A stretch of DNA of 64,000 nucleotides from Heterodontus francisci (lineage: Eukaryota). The notes below the pieces were generated by a model. The model did no database searches. It was not told the origin of the DNA and worked only from the letters and a program-made list of their open reading frames with translations. Shown here piece after piece: positions 37,481 through 50,100 of the stretch (positions are counted from its first letter, which is position 1; every line of letters starts with the position of its first letter). The translations under genes were made by a program, and so were the position numbers. The stretch spans positions 65,869,326 to 65,933,325 of the forward strand of contig NC_090395.1 in NCBI RefSeq assembly GCF_036365525.1, read 5' to 3'.

Positions 37481-39009
37481 TTCATAACTCTGGAGTGGGG
37501 CTTGAACCCATAAATTTCTAGCTATGGAGCTATAATATTATCTCTGAGCAAGACTCACTGGAGATAAGGTTCCCTCTACACTGCCCCATTAAACATTTAA
37601 AGAGGTTGATAGATATGATGCTTGCGTTTAAAGCATTCTCCCAGAAGTATTAAGATACTCAACCACTGGTTCACTGCAATCTCTAAGAATTATACAGACA
37701 ACTGATTTGAAATGGAAAAACTGTGCAGCAATATTTGGATATTACTGTACAATCCTTCCAATGAAATTAGAACATTGCAGTGATAATCAGACCACAGCAC
37801 ACAGATGTAATTCAATACCCATTTTGAAGTAATACATACTGTCCTTTAATAATTCCTACTATAAATTTTAAACGTCTACATTTATAATGAAAACTGCCAA
37901 TGTAAACTTGTCAGCCTGTAATTATAATCACCTTCTTTCTCTCAACCACCTCTCTCTCCTCTATCTTCAGAAAAACAGATTATCTAGTCATTATCACATT
38001 GCTGTTTGTGGGAGCTTGCTGTGCGCATACTGGCAGCCTTGTTTTGCTACATTATATCAGTGACTACACTTCAAAAAGTACTCCTTTGGCTGTAAAGCAC
38101 TTTAAGACGTCCAGTGGTCTTAAAAGATGCTTAATAAATGCAAGTCTTTCTTTCTCACACTCTTTCTTTTTCTCTCAGCCCAGGTGGGCAGAATCTCCTT
38201 TCGTTTTCACTTTTTGTTGGCTTAATACAGAAATTCCCAAATTGGGGTTGCACTGATGTTATCGAGGGGAAGGGTGGGGGTGGAGTGCGTGAGAAGCATC
38301 AGCTGGTCTGGAACGAGAGACACTAGTGCTGCCTTGCATAGCCACAGGATCCTGGGCCCTCCAAGTGAAGCCTTTAATGAGGGCATTAAAAGACACAGAG
38401 GATAATTCAATGGCTAAGTTTAACCATGTTATTGTGAAATATATAATTTTTTTTATTTTGGTTAAAGTCTTGATGTAGGAACTTTGAAATTTAAGCTCTT
38501 CAGAAAAATAGCATGCATAGAAAATGTGAAAACATTTTCAGAAAGCATTTTGAAACAATTGTTGGAACGCAGCAGTCAGATTTCACAATCAGTGTGATAG
38601 GATTACATACGCACTTTCCGTGATAAATGTGTACTTAAAGGTTTAGAATGGAAACTGTTGACACAAAATGTGATAATAAGAAATCATATGATGCAGACAA
38701 GAAGTGCACACAGACGTTGAGTTTTAATATATAGATAGATGTGATAGGAAAATATGTAAATTGCATTGCATCTTAATTGATACAGTCCAGCATCCACACC
38801 CCAACCTATTTTTAATTTGTAAAGAAATTAATTGCCACGTTTCCTAAATTACAATAGTGACTACACTTTAAAAGTACTTCGTTGGCAATAAGGCACTCTG
38901 GGACATCCTGAGGTCATATCAGTGCAAGCCTTCCATTTTTATGATGTTTTTTAAATAGCTACACAAATGCTGATCTATGTTAACTAAACAGTAATACTGT
39001 ATGTTCTAA

Positions 39010-39880
39010 GGGACAAGGTGTTGCATTTCCACCCCTGATCACACTAGATAACACGCCACTGGAAGTGATTAGCAAATTTTGCTACTATGGGTACACAGTG
39101 ACAGACAATCTGTCCCTTGATGCAGAGCTCTATACACACATAGGGAAAGCAGCTTGCACCTTTGGCCAACTTGCGAAATGCACATGGGATAACACCAAGC
39201 TGACACTTAGCACCAAACTGATGGTTTATAAGGCCTGTGTTCTCAGCACCTTGCTGTATGGCTGTGAAACATGGGCAATTTACAGCTACCAGGAAAAGAA
39301 GCTCAATAATTTCCATCTTTGCTGTCTGTGGCGTATTATGGGTATATCCTGGCAGGACAAAATCATAAATGTGGCAGTCGTCTCAAAGGCAGAGCTCCCA
39401 AGTGCATTGGCACTAATCAAACAGAGGCGGCTTCAATGGATCGGACATGTCCGCGGGATGGAACATGGTCGCATACCCAAGGACCTTCTGTATGGTGAGG
39501 CTGCCAGCGCCAGACGGCCAGTGGGGCGCCCAAAGCTCTGCTTCAAGGGTGCTTGCACTGTGACATGAAGGCCCTAAATGTTGACTGTCACACCTGGGAG
39601 TCACTAACTGGCGAAAGAGGGAAATGGCGACACATCCTGTGGAATGGTGTGCAATACCATGACAACCAGTTGCTATAGCAGCTTGGCAACAGGCGCCAAT
39701 GTCAAAAACGACTCACAGTGTCATTTGGCAGCTTCACTTGCGGCACTTGTGACAGAACCTGTCTCTCAAGGATTGGCCTTCACAGCCATCAGCAAAGGTG
39801 GACCAAGAGAAGACACCCCACCTAAATGGATTGTTTGCTGTGTATTCCTCATCTTTTGTAGATGAAAGGATGCCAATCAT
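39010..39880 (+). mobile_element. RTE LINE, 5'-truncated
   Basis: ORF 39065-39568 with VLSTLLYGCETW and RRLQWIGHVRGMEHGRIPKDLLYGE. Confidence 0.88.
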
Positions 39881-40174
39881 GTTCTGTGGTGGTTTGGACT
39901 TTGAAAGTGTCACTTTTTTTAAACTTCCTAAAATAATGTTGAAGTGCAACAAAAATGTAATATGAAGAAGTTTGAAAAACAAGATGCATTTTGCATAAAG
40001 ATTGGTTTTCGTTTTCTATCAAGGTGAAACTGAATCACACAGACCAGAAAGGTTCCCAAATTCTATTCCTGGCCTATGTTCCACTTGCCGATCCGAGCTG
40101 GGCTGGCAGTAGGGACAATACAATTCTTCTCAGCAACTCGGACTAGGGTGGGAAGAAAAACCATCATTTAGGAC

Positions 40175-40810
40175 ATAGAACAAAATACAGCACAGAAGGA
40201 GGCCATTCAGCCCACCTTGTCTGCTCTGGTCCAATAAGCTATCCAACCAAACTAATCCCACCTTCCGGCACCTGGTCCATAGCCCCACAGGTTAGGTGCA
40301 TGTCCAGGTACCTTTTAAAAGAATTGAGGGTCTCTGCCTCCACCACCAATCCTGGCAGTGAATTCCAGACACCCACCTTCTGGGTGAAAAAGTTTCTCCT
40401 CATGTCCCCTCTAATCCTTCTACCAATCACCTTAAATCTGTGTCCCCTGGTAACTGACCTCCCTGCCAGGGGAAACAGGTTCCTTCCGCCTACTCTATCT
40501 AGACCCTTCATAATTTTGTACACCTCAATCAAGTCACCCCTCAGCCTCCTCAATTCCAGGGAAAACAACCCCAACCTATCCAATCTTTCCTCATAGCTGT
40601 AACTCTCAAGCCCTGGCAACATTCTTGTAAATCTCCTCTACACTCTCTCCAGAGCAATTATGTCCTTTCTGTAATGTGGTGACCAGAACTGCACGCGATA
40701 CTCCAGCTGCGGCCTAACCAGCGCTCTATATAGTTCCAGAATCACGTCCTGCTTTTGTACTCTATACCTCGGCCAATAAAGGAAATGCCTTCTTCACCAC
40801 TCTATCTACC
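40175..40810 (-). mobile_element. CR1 LINE 3' fragment
   Basis: ORF 40239-40622, SYEERLDRLGLFSLE...RRNFFTQ. Confidence 0.88.
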
Positions 40811-41031
40811 TGCTTCTTATCTTGCCTATTCACCCATGCTGGAAAAATGTTCATGCGTTGATGTTGGCTGTGGTTAGGGTTGGGCTCATTTGTGATTTCC
40901 TGTGCAGTTACCACTCAACTTTTACATTCATACATGAGGGGTGTCCCCTAGGCCCAGGTCCTGGAGGGTGAACCAGCATCCATGGCACTTCATCTCACCA
41001 AAAATTCAGAAGAGATTAGGGAACATAATTG

Positions 41032-41885
41032 CATAAGAAATAGGAGCAGGAGTAACCAAATGGCCTCTTGTGCTTGCACCGCCATTCAGTAAGATCATGG
41101 TAATCTTCTACCTCAATTCCGAATTCCCACCTACTAAATGGAGAAAGACTGCAGAATTCCGAGGTGCAGAGGGATCTAAGTGTTCTAGTGCATGAGTCAC
41201 AAAAAGTTAGTATGCAGGTACAGCAAGTTAGAAAGAAGGCTAATGCAATGCTATCCTTTATTACCAGAGGAATTGAAAATAAAAGTAAGGTTGTTATGCT
41301 TCAGTTATACAGGGCATTGGTGAGACCACATCTCGACTACAGTGTGCCGTTTTGGTCTCCTTATTTAAGGAAGGATGTAAATGCATTGGAGGCAGTTCAG
41401 AGGACGTTTACTAGATTCTTACCTGGAATGAGCGGGATGTCTTATGAGGAAAGGTTGGACAGACTGGGCTTGTTTTCACTGGAGTTTAGAAGAGTGAGGG
41501 GAGACTGGATTGAAGTTTATAAGATCCTGAATGGTCTTGACAAGGTGGATGTGGAAAGGATGTTTCCTCTTGTGGGTGAGTCCAGGACTAGGGGGCACTG
41601 TTTTAAAATTAGGGGTCACTCTTTTAGGACAGAGATGAGGAGAGATTTTTTCTCTCAGAGGATTATGCGACTTTGGAACTCTCTGCCTCAGAAGGTGGTG
41701 GAGGCAGGGTCGTTGAATATTTTTAAGGCGGAGGTAGATAGATTCTTGTTAGGCAAGGGAATCAAAGATTATCTGGGGTAGATGTGAGTGTGGAATTCGA
41801 GACAGCCATGATCTTACTGAATGGTGGTGCAGGTTTGAGGGGCCGAATGGCCTACTTCTGCTCCTAATTCGTATGCTCCTATGTT
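41032..41885 (+). mobile_element. CR1 LINE 3' portion preceded by an inverted CR1 3' end
   Basis: ORF 41164-41781 (205 aa CR1 C-terminus); 41032-41133 is a reverse-oriented CR1 3' UTR. Confidence 0.88.
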
Positions 41886-41894
41886 CACCAATTC

Positions 41895-42440
41895 CTACCT
41901 TTCAGGCTCAACGTTACGATGAACAATTTCAGATCATAACAACTGCTCCCATTTTTTCAGACAGCAGGTGTTGGTAATGTTTCTGCCTTTGCCATTTACA
42001 GTTCCTCCATCTTTTGTAGATTTACTTGTCCTATTACTTTTGCCTTGCATCATTGTCCCTTTTGCCACTTAATCACTCTTTATTTTAATTATGCCTTCCA
42101 TCCTTACCCTTTTGCCCACTAACCCCCACACCGCCGAACCCTTTCCCTGACTCTGTACTTGCTGGTACATCTCTAACATTTTGCAGTTCTGACAGAAGGT
42201 CATTGACTTGACACGTCGAAATAGAAGGAGGCACAGAAGGAGGCCATTTGGTTCATTGTGTCTGTGCTGGTTGAAAAAGCTATCCAGCCTAATTCCACTT
42301 CTCTCCTCGTGGTCCACGGCTCTGTGGGTTACAGAACTTTAAGTGCATATACGAGTTTTTTTTTTAAATGCAATGAGGTTTTCTGCCATAATTTTCTTTC
42401 TTTCTCTCTCCCACTGATGTCAGCCTGACCTGCTGAGTGA
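41895..42440 (+). mobile_element. Decayed Penelope 3' end/pLTR, interrupted by a short CR1 tail (about 42218-42385)
   Basis: aacaatttcagatcataa matches the end of the PLE ORF at about 61491; degenerate hammerhead at 42185-42217; pLTR resumes with cagcctgacctgctgag. Confidence 0.6.
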
Positions 42441-42830
42441 TCCCTCCATGGTGTCGCTCCCCCAATCTCTGTAACCTCCTCCCGCCCCACACCCTCCAGG
42501 ATCTCTGCACTCCTTCAATTCTGGACTCTTGAGCATCTCCGATTTTAATTGCTCTACTATTGATGACCGTGCCTCCAGCTGTCAGGGCTCGAAGCTCAGG
42601 AATTCCCTCCCTAAACGTCCCCACCTCTCTTTCTTCCTTTAGATGTTCCTTCAACTTCAAATAGTACTTCATTGGCTGTAAAGCACTTTGAGACGTCCAG
42701 TGGTTGTGAAAGGTGTTATATAAATACAAATCTTTCTTTTTTTTAAATTTACCTATTTGACCAAGGTTTTGGTCATCCACCTTAGTGTCTCCTCATGTGG
42801 CCTGGTGTCAAATTTTGTTTGACTATTGTA
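42440..42830 (+). mobile_element. L2 LINE 3' fragment containing a SINE tail (42655-42740)
   Basis: Colinear with the other L2 copies on either side of the SINE tail. Confidence 0.72.
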
Positions 42831-42844
42831 CTGAATGTTTTGGT

Positions 42845-43220
42845 GCTATTCTACTCAGAACTTGGTCATGGCAGGAGAATCCCAGGAGGACAACGGAAAC
42901 ACTTTAGAGACGTCCTCAAAGCATCTCTCAAGAAATCAAACATCCCCGCCGACTCATGGGAGTGCCTGACTTGTGAACAAACTAGATGGAGAAAGCTCAT
43001 TCAGGAAGGCATCGAGGCACTTCGTCGGGAACGTGTGGAGGCGAAGTCAACGCATGGCAGGGAGCGCACCAACCTCCAAACTACTCATGGACCTGACCAT
43101 TCAAGCACCAGTTGCCCCTCAGGTGGCATAGTCCGCATTGGACTTAGTGGCCATCTCAGAACCCCTCCAACCATTACAGAAGCAAGTCGGCCTTGATCCT
43201 GAGGGGCTGCCTGAGAAGAT
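42845..43220 (+). mobile_element. RTE LINE 3' fragment immediately upstream of the GNAI promoter
   Basis: LFYSELGHGRRIPGGQRKHFRDVLKASLKK is an RTE C-terminal motif. Confidence 0.8.
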
Positions 43221-43289
43221 ATATGGCGTTGAAGGCGCCATATAAATGCAAGTTGTTGTTGTATTTCCAGTTGGCATCTTCCCTCCTGC

Positions 43290-43880
43290 TGCTGCGCCCA
43301 GGTGTGGCCGCAGGTGAACTACAACTCCCGCGGTGCCTTGCGCGATGACGGTTTCCGGTTGGCGGGAGGGGGAGGGAAGGTTTCCGGTTTTCGAGCCTAA
43401 CCGTCGCGGATCGCGCTGGCCGCTCGCTCGAGCAGTTGGGTTTGAATTCCTAACGGTCACCGGGTCAAACTTTTCTTTTATTTTCCTCTCCTTCTTAAAG
43501 CGCTTGGGAGGTTTAATGACTTGACCGAACAGAACAAAGGAAAAAAAAAACTTGTTGCACCGTCTGTGAGGGAGGGTCTGGTGTCCTCGGGCTCCGCACC
43601 GGGAGAATTTCTGATTTCCCCCCCCTATCCTGCTCCGGTCCGGCCTCTCTCCGCTCTCTCCGGACCCTGAGCTTCGGCTCTCCCGGCTGCCAGGATGGGC
43701 TGCACCATGAGCGCCGAGGACAAGGCGGCGATGGCGAGGAGCAAAATGATCGACCGCAACCTGAAGGAAGACGGCGAGAAGTCGTCCCGGGAGGTCAAAC
43801 TTCTGCTACTCGGTAAAACAAAACACATTTTTGAGGCTGGAGCTTTGGTTTTCACCGCCGAGGGTGCATCCGAGATTGCA
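43290..43880 (+). promoter_or_regulatory. CpG-island promoter of the GNAI gene
   Basis: CpG-dense, no TATA seen. ACTACAACTCCC (ZNF143/THAP11-type motif) at 43318-43329; TTCCGG ETS cores at 43353-43358 and 43382-43387; half-CRE TGACG at 43346-43350. Confidence 0.8.
43695..43812 (+). CDS. GNAI3: G protein alpha-i subunit, coding exon 1 (probably GNAI3)
   Basis: [39 protein letters not shown]+G; 118 nt then a GTAAAA donor, the conserved length of GNAI coding exon 1. Gly2/Cys3 lipidation motif is intact. Gi family is near-certain; the paralogue (i3 versus i1/i2) is an inference. Confidence 0.85.
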
Positions 43881-46159
43881 TCATGTCTAATAGTTATGCG
43901 GACTGCATCTTGCGCCTTATAATGGAACAAAAATAAACCTCTCCCAAAAAAAGGAGGGGAGGGTTGGGAGTGAGCAGTACTTTGGATTAAGAGTTTTGGG
44001 AGGTTAGGTAGGTCTTAAAGGTAGGGGAAAGGTGTTTTACTTTTCATTATTTTGGGGGCGAAGAGTGTTTGCCCACCCATTGTTGTGGGTGCCTGAGGAG
44101 AGTTTGCCTACCCACTTGTGGGCTTTGGTGGGCATTCCCACCCACTTATGGTGCCCAAGGAGGATTTGCACACCCACTGGGTTTGCCTGGCCACTGTTGT
44201 GGATTCTCGAAACTGACTCGTTGTGGTGATGGGCGAAGTGCACATAATCCAGACCTAGTGAATTGGAGGATGAAAACTGGCAAAGACCCTAAAGGTCGGG
44301 TGAGGCATAGCTGTAGCTGCCATTTGCAAGTGGACCACCTTTTCTTGGGGCAGTGGGGTGAAGTTAGTGCTTTCGGCGGGGTAAGAGGAGCAGGAATTCT
44401 ACAATATAGCCAGTCCTGCTACCCCACCGAACACGCTAACTCCCACCCCACTGCCCCTAGACAAGAAGGACCAGTTGAAAATCGTGGCTACAGCTGTGCT
44501 CCAACCCACTTTTGCAGTCTTCACCAGCTTGCGTCAGAAGTGTGAATGAATTCTTTAACTGGATCAGGTTATATGTTGCAGTAACAAGGAAATGCATGGC
44601 CAAGGGATAGAAGTAGAAGTCCTGCTGAGCAAATTTTAAATTAGGAGTTGGAGCTATTAAAAATAGCTATTTAAAATCTTGAGGCAGTGAAGTAATCGTT
44701 GAGTTTTTTGTGATGTATTTGAACCAATCGTGTTTTTGTGAGATGCATAGTGGGTACAGTAATAAAGTTCATTTACCCATATGTACATCACATTTAGGTA
44801 TCTATGACAATCTGGAAATAGCTCTTTGGATCCTGAAATGGACTAGCATATTTCAATTTACAAAGATATAACCAAAAATCAAATAAAGCCTGACTGTGGG
44901 CTCTTTACTTAATTCTGACTCTGGCCTTCATGGGGCATAGCTCAACATTACCAGACCAATCATGTCAGGTATTACATGATGAGGTTGATTTTAATTTTGG
45001 GGGGGGATGGGAGGTGTGCAAAGGTGCAGGGGGCAGGTGATTGGACAAAGCAGGTGAAGTTCCCTCTGGTCATCCAGGTGGTGAGGTTCAGAAGATTTTA
45101 ACTCCCTGGCCATATTTGAATACCGCAAAACTGATTCCCACCCAAAGACAGTTGGAATGACATCAATACCAGCGGACAGGAATCGAAAATTGTGGAGGGA
45201 GATTTTGTCGTTGCTGGGGACCCAATGAAACAATATCCAACAAAGTAAGTAAAAGTAATATCAATCACAGATGTTGGAGGGGTTGGAGCCAGGGGAAGTG
45301 GAAATCCAAATATTCTTTTAGGGCCAGCGAGAGTACTGCTACATCTCCTGGCCGACAAGGATTCTGCATAAAAGTTCATTTTTTTCAAATTTACCATGTA
45401 GTTTTCTGGACCCTTACGGGCCTCTTGAACACCTGAGGTAACGTGCCATTGTGGTGTTGATGTCATGAGAAAGGTATGTGGACTTGGACATTTTACACCT
45501 TCCAATGCACTGTTCCATTGCGGGAGGGTTGAAGCTGATCCCATTAAACACTCCTATCCTGATAAAACAGTCCATTTCAGGAGCAGTCATGGGATATCCA
45601 CATTGGACACATTATATTCCTAATGTATGACATGTAAGGTTCAGTACAATTCAGTAGTTGCTATGTGTTAAACTGGCGCGTTCAAGTTCGCAACTGATTG
45701 AGTAACTGTTGCAAGATCCACTCAAAACAGGCTAATTATGGAAAATTGCATATGCACTGATTTTCTGAAAGATCTATTCAAAGTGATGTGTGCAACAAAG
45801 AAGATATATTGTAGTAAAACCATCTTATGGGAGGAGTGGAAGGTTTGTCTGGGGGAGGTTATAGAAAATGTTAGAAATATACAGTAGGTCTGCCAGCATC
45901 TGAACATGAGCACAGTTAACATTTTGGGTGGTGACTGTTCAACACTGATGGGTGTGTGTCTGCCTTTGACCTTTTTTTAGTTCTTTAGGTATTAACTGGC
46001 CTACTGGTGTATTTTCAGTATTATCTGTTTTTTAATTCACATTTTGAGCATTTATTTACCCCCTCCCGCCCGCCCGCACTTCCACCCTCTATATGTTGCC
46101 TTATAAAATGAATCCTCGTGTATATGGTGAGTTGTAGGGAACAGTTGAATTCGTGTGAA

Positions 46160-47100
46160 TATTTTTTCTTACCGAATGGGTGAACCTCACTCAGGGCTCA
46201 GTACCAGGTCTCTTGTTTTTCATGATGTATATATTAATGATTTAGTCTTGAATGTAGGGGTATGATTAAGAAGTTTTCAGATATATAATTGGCCGAGTGG
46301 TTGATTATGAGGAAGAATCTTGTATAATGCAGGAAGAGATCAATGGTCTGGTCAGTTGGGAAGAAATGTGGCAAATAGAATTCACTCTAGAGACGTGTGA
46401 GGTAGTGCACTTGTGGAGGGAAGCCAAGGCAGGGAATACACAATAAATTATAGGATACTATAGAGAAACAGAGGGGTTAGCATGCCTGCAAATCCCTGTA
46501 GGTAGCAAGGCAGGAAGATAAGGTGATTAAGAAGGCATGCAGGATACATTCCTTTATTAGCTGAGGCATAGAATATAAGAGCAAGGAGGTGATGCTAGAG
46601 CTGTATAAAACACTAGTTAGGTCACAGCTAGAGTGCTAAGTACAGCTGTGGTCACCTCATTACAGGGAAGATGTGATTGCACTGGAGAGGATACAGAGGA
46701 AATTTACGAGGATGTTGCCAGGAATGGAGAATTTTGGATAGGCTGGGGCTTTCTTTGGAATAGAGGGCACTGAGGGGAGATTTAAATTCGGGTGTATAAA
46801 ACTTTGTGAGACCTAGATAGATTGGAAAGGAAAGACTTATTTCCTTTAGTAGTGTGGTCAATAACCAGGGAGCATAGAATTAAAATAATTGGCAGAAGGA
46901 TTAGAAGGGAGTTGAGAAGGTTCTGGAAGGGTGGTGGAAGCCCTCATTGCATTTAAAAAATAGTTGGATATGCACTTGAAGTGCCGTACGTAAAGGGTGA
47001 CCCAAGAACTAGAAAGTAGGATTAGGCTGGATAACTTTTTCGGTCAGCAGAAACATGATGGACTGAATGACCTCCTTCTTTGCTGTAATATTTCTATGTT
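46160..47100 (+). mobile_element. Old CR1 LINE fragment
   Basis: Degenerate RT and C-terminal CR1 motifs (ctgtataaaacactagttagg...cagaggaaatttacgaggatgttgccagg) and a CR1-like 3' end. Confidence 0.75.
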
Positions 47101-50100
47101 TCAGGATGCTGTAGTGTGAACTTGTTTCTTCTATTCGACCCTTTTGCTTAGAAATGGCCATCTGTAGGATCCTGAAAAATTTATCACCAAGGACACACTG
47201 GTCACTTTAATTTTTTGATTACTTTCCCTTAATTTAATCATTGTAATCTGTTGGTCTTTTGAATAACGTTGAACTTTGGAGGAGGTGTCATTAATGCATT
47301 AGAGTTTTAATTAATGCTGCTATTCTGATGCCTGATAATCCAATCTTGTCTTGCTATTTTGAATAGGCAAAGGACATTGTGTAGAGTTGCCATGGCAGTT
47401 ACGTCTATGCAAGAAAATTGCTTGTAGATTGTGACATAAACACTGAATATAAGGGAGTAGAATAGAATGCTGAGTGTTGGACCAATAACTTTTATGCTAA
47501 ATTTCATTTGCTGAAATGGCCTTGCTACAAGATTATATTACAGTGACTATACTATAAATAGAATCTGCAGTGGGAAGTAACATTCTCTATATTTAATCTT
47601 GTTCATTTTCCTTTTTTTGCTATCTATGATGAAAGCAGCTTCTAACTGGAATTTATGCAGCTTACTGATACTCTGCATTATATATCCAACAAAAATGTCC
47701 TATGTTTCATTGTGAAAGTGTTTTAACCAGTTTGTTTTTTCAGATTTTGGTCAGGTTTGCAACCATTTTAGGCTCTATCTGAGAACTCGTCATTCATGAC
47801 AGCATGTTAAGTTTGTTCTCCTTTCTACTCACGAATGTGATCGATCACATGTTCAAATTCATGACTGAGGAAATGAACATCATAATACAAAAAAGCGTAT
47901 AATTTTTTTCCCATGGGTGGAAATGAATTAATTCTTTTTGTGCTGTCAAAGCCATAAATATATCTCCCTTTTAATTGATCATCTGTGAGAGAGAGGCTCA
48001 AAAGGGAAGGAAAGTACTGAAGTAAATTTGGTACACAACACTCCATCTAATTTTTTTTTATCAAAAGCTATGTTACATTTGTGAAAGAGTTCATTTCCTC
48101 TCCCTTTAAGGCCAGCCATTTCAGTTCGCCACTTGCACCGCAGTATTCTGGTGTAATATGTATTTCCTGTAACACACGCACTGCTGCAATTTCCTTGTCA
48201 ATAGCTTAATTTAAAAAGTCTAATATATACTTGCTGTGAGCAACACCAAAGGGGTTTTGCTAGTGGTAAATTTAAGTATCAAATGATTTTCTACTGAGCA
48301 TTCTCTTTAGAATGTGAAATGACAATCAAAATTTATTACTATCTTTTAGTCTTGCTGTAAAATGAGCAACTAAATTATTGCCTCTATATGGCTTTCAACT
48401 TTCACTAGATACGTTTCTCATTCCCTGAAAATCTCATTGCAGAAAAGGAAAGCCTAAGTTCCCTTTTTATTCAAAGCATTCACCCATTTTATAGTGATAA
48501 ACTTTTTTTAAAAAATGCAAAATAAACTTAAACTATCAATTTCTGTGCTGGATCATTCCAATATCGTGAAACTCCCTCCCTAACAGCACTTTGGGAATAT
48601 TTTCACGAACCAGACTGCAGCAGTACAAGAAGGCAGTTCACCATCACCTCCAGGGCAATTAGGAATGGGAAGTAAATGCTGGTGTTAACAGTGACACTCT
48701 CATCCCATGAATGGTCCCGACAATAGACATTTTCTTTTATTCAATCAGGAGTGGCTCCATCACAGCAACGGGTTGGAGAGACCACACTACAGCTTGGAAG
48801 GAACATTTCTCACCCGCACTGGTAGCTGTCAGACTGGTTGGGAAGCATGCCCCCTGTCTCTGCAGTGGAGTCATGTGTAAATGTTTGTTTATAATTGCTA
48901 TCACTAGAGCATCTTAGCAGGGAGGGTGGCTGTTTCCATGTCAGCAAGTACTCATTAAATTAATGTAAGTTTATCATTTCCTTTTTTTTTTCCAAAAAGG
49001 CAGAACTTTGAATTACAAAGTCATCTCCCTAGCCTTTCCTTCCCCTTTCTGTTGGATTAAAGTTCTTTTTTAAAAAAAAAAGTATGGTATGGACTCAACA
49101 ACTGTAATTACTTTCTATATTGGTAGTTTAAATTTCCAGCTTCTTGACTTTTGGCACTGAAGTACATTTCTGTTGGGTGGTATTGCTGCTGGTAACTGAT
49201 ACTCCCTTCAGTCATTTCCTGGCCTGGATTTAAAATATAAGTATATTTACCATGAAATGCAAGTCACAATAGAAACTTACACTGACCTTTTGACAAATTA
49301 TTAATCTATACTGCATTCCAAATATTAACTGGGGGTGGTTCCAGAATCCTGAGCATGAAATTATTCCTTCATCAAAATATTGAATAAGGCTGAACATGTG
49401 AAATGCTGAACAAGTTGAGCTTTTGTGGACTCCGGGTACTGTCATCTATGTGGTACCAGACCAAAATGTATGGCCCAAACTTGGGAACTAACTGCCTGCC
49501 AGGCCCCAGTTAAGCAGCTCAACAGTTCCTCAAGCTTGTTATAGTGCCTGTACTAGTGGCACCAGTTGCTCATGTCATGGCCACATTCAGCCAGCTGTAG
49601 TCTGAAAGTAAATTTACCAGGATCCATTAGCACCCAATTAAACATTCTTCCTGCTGCCATTTCAAGTTTACTTTCATGATGCAACCAACTATATGGCGAC
49701 AGAGTATCATGAGCCAACACCACTGATTCAGGTGTTAGTGCAATGTAAAAACAGCTTCATGATGTTGCAAGATATGTATTAAACATGGATTCTTCCAGTT
49801 TACAGTCATCCTTGATACTAAAGAATAGTAATTTATTTTGTCCCCTGCAGCTTCAGACATAGAATAAGAGTTTGCAAGGTCCTAGCAACCCAAGTTAATC
49901 TGGTGTGTCTGAAGCCTGAGTTTTTTTTTAGATATATGTATAATGGGATAGCTAGGGAAAAAGGATAGCTGTATTCACAGCCAGCAATGGTCTGACAAAG
50001 TGTTGAGATCTACTAAATCTTTTGGTTACGTGTGACTTATTTGACCAGTTTCAAATCCTTAGCATGAAGAAATTTCTTAACTGGCATATTTCACTTTATA

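Noticed and set aside
43813-43922. C-terminal part of the 75-aa ORF 43695-43922
   Set aside because: Intron read-through; Gi-alpha homology stops at the GT donor at 43813.
44069-44545. 158-aa ORF with short repeated tttgcccaccca-like units
   Set aside because: Degenerate minisatellite-like intronic sequence with no domain.
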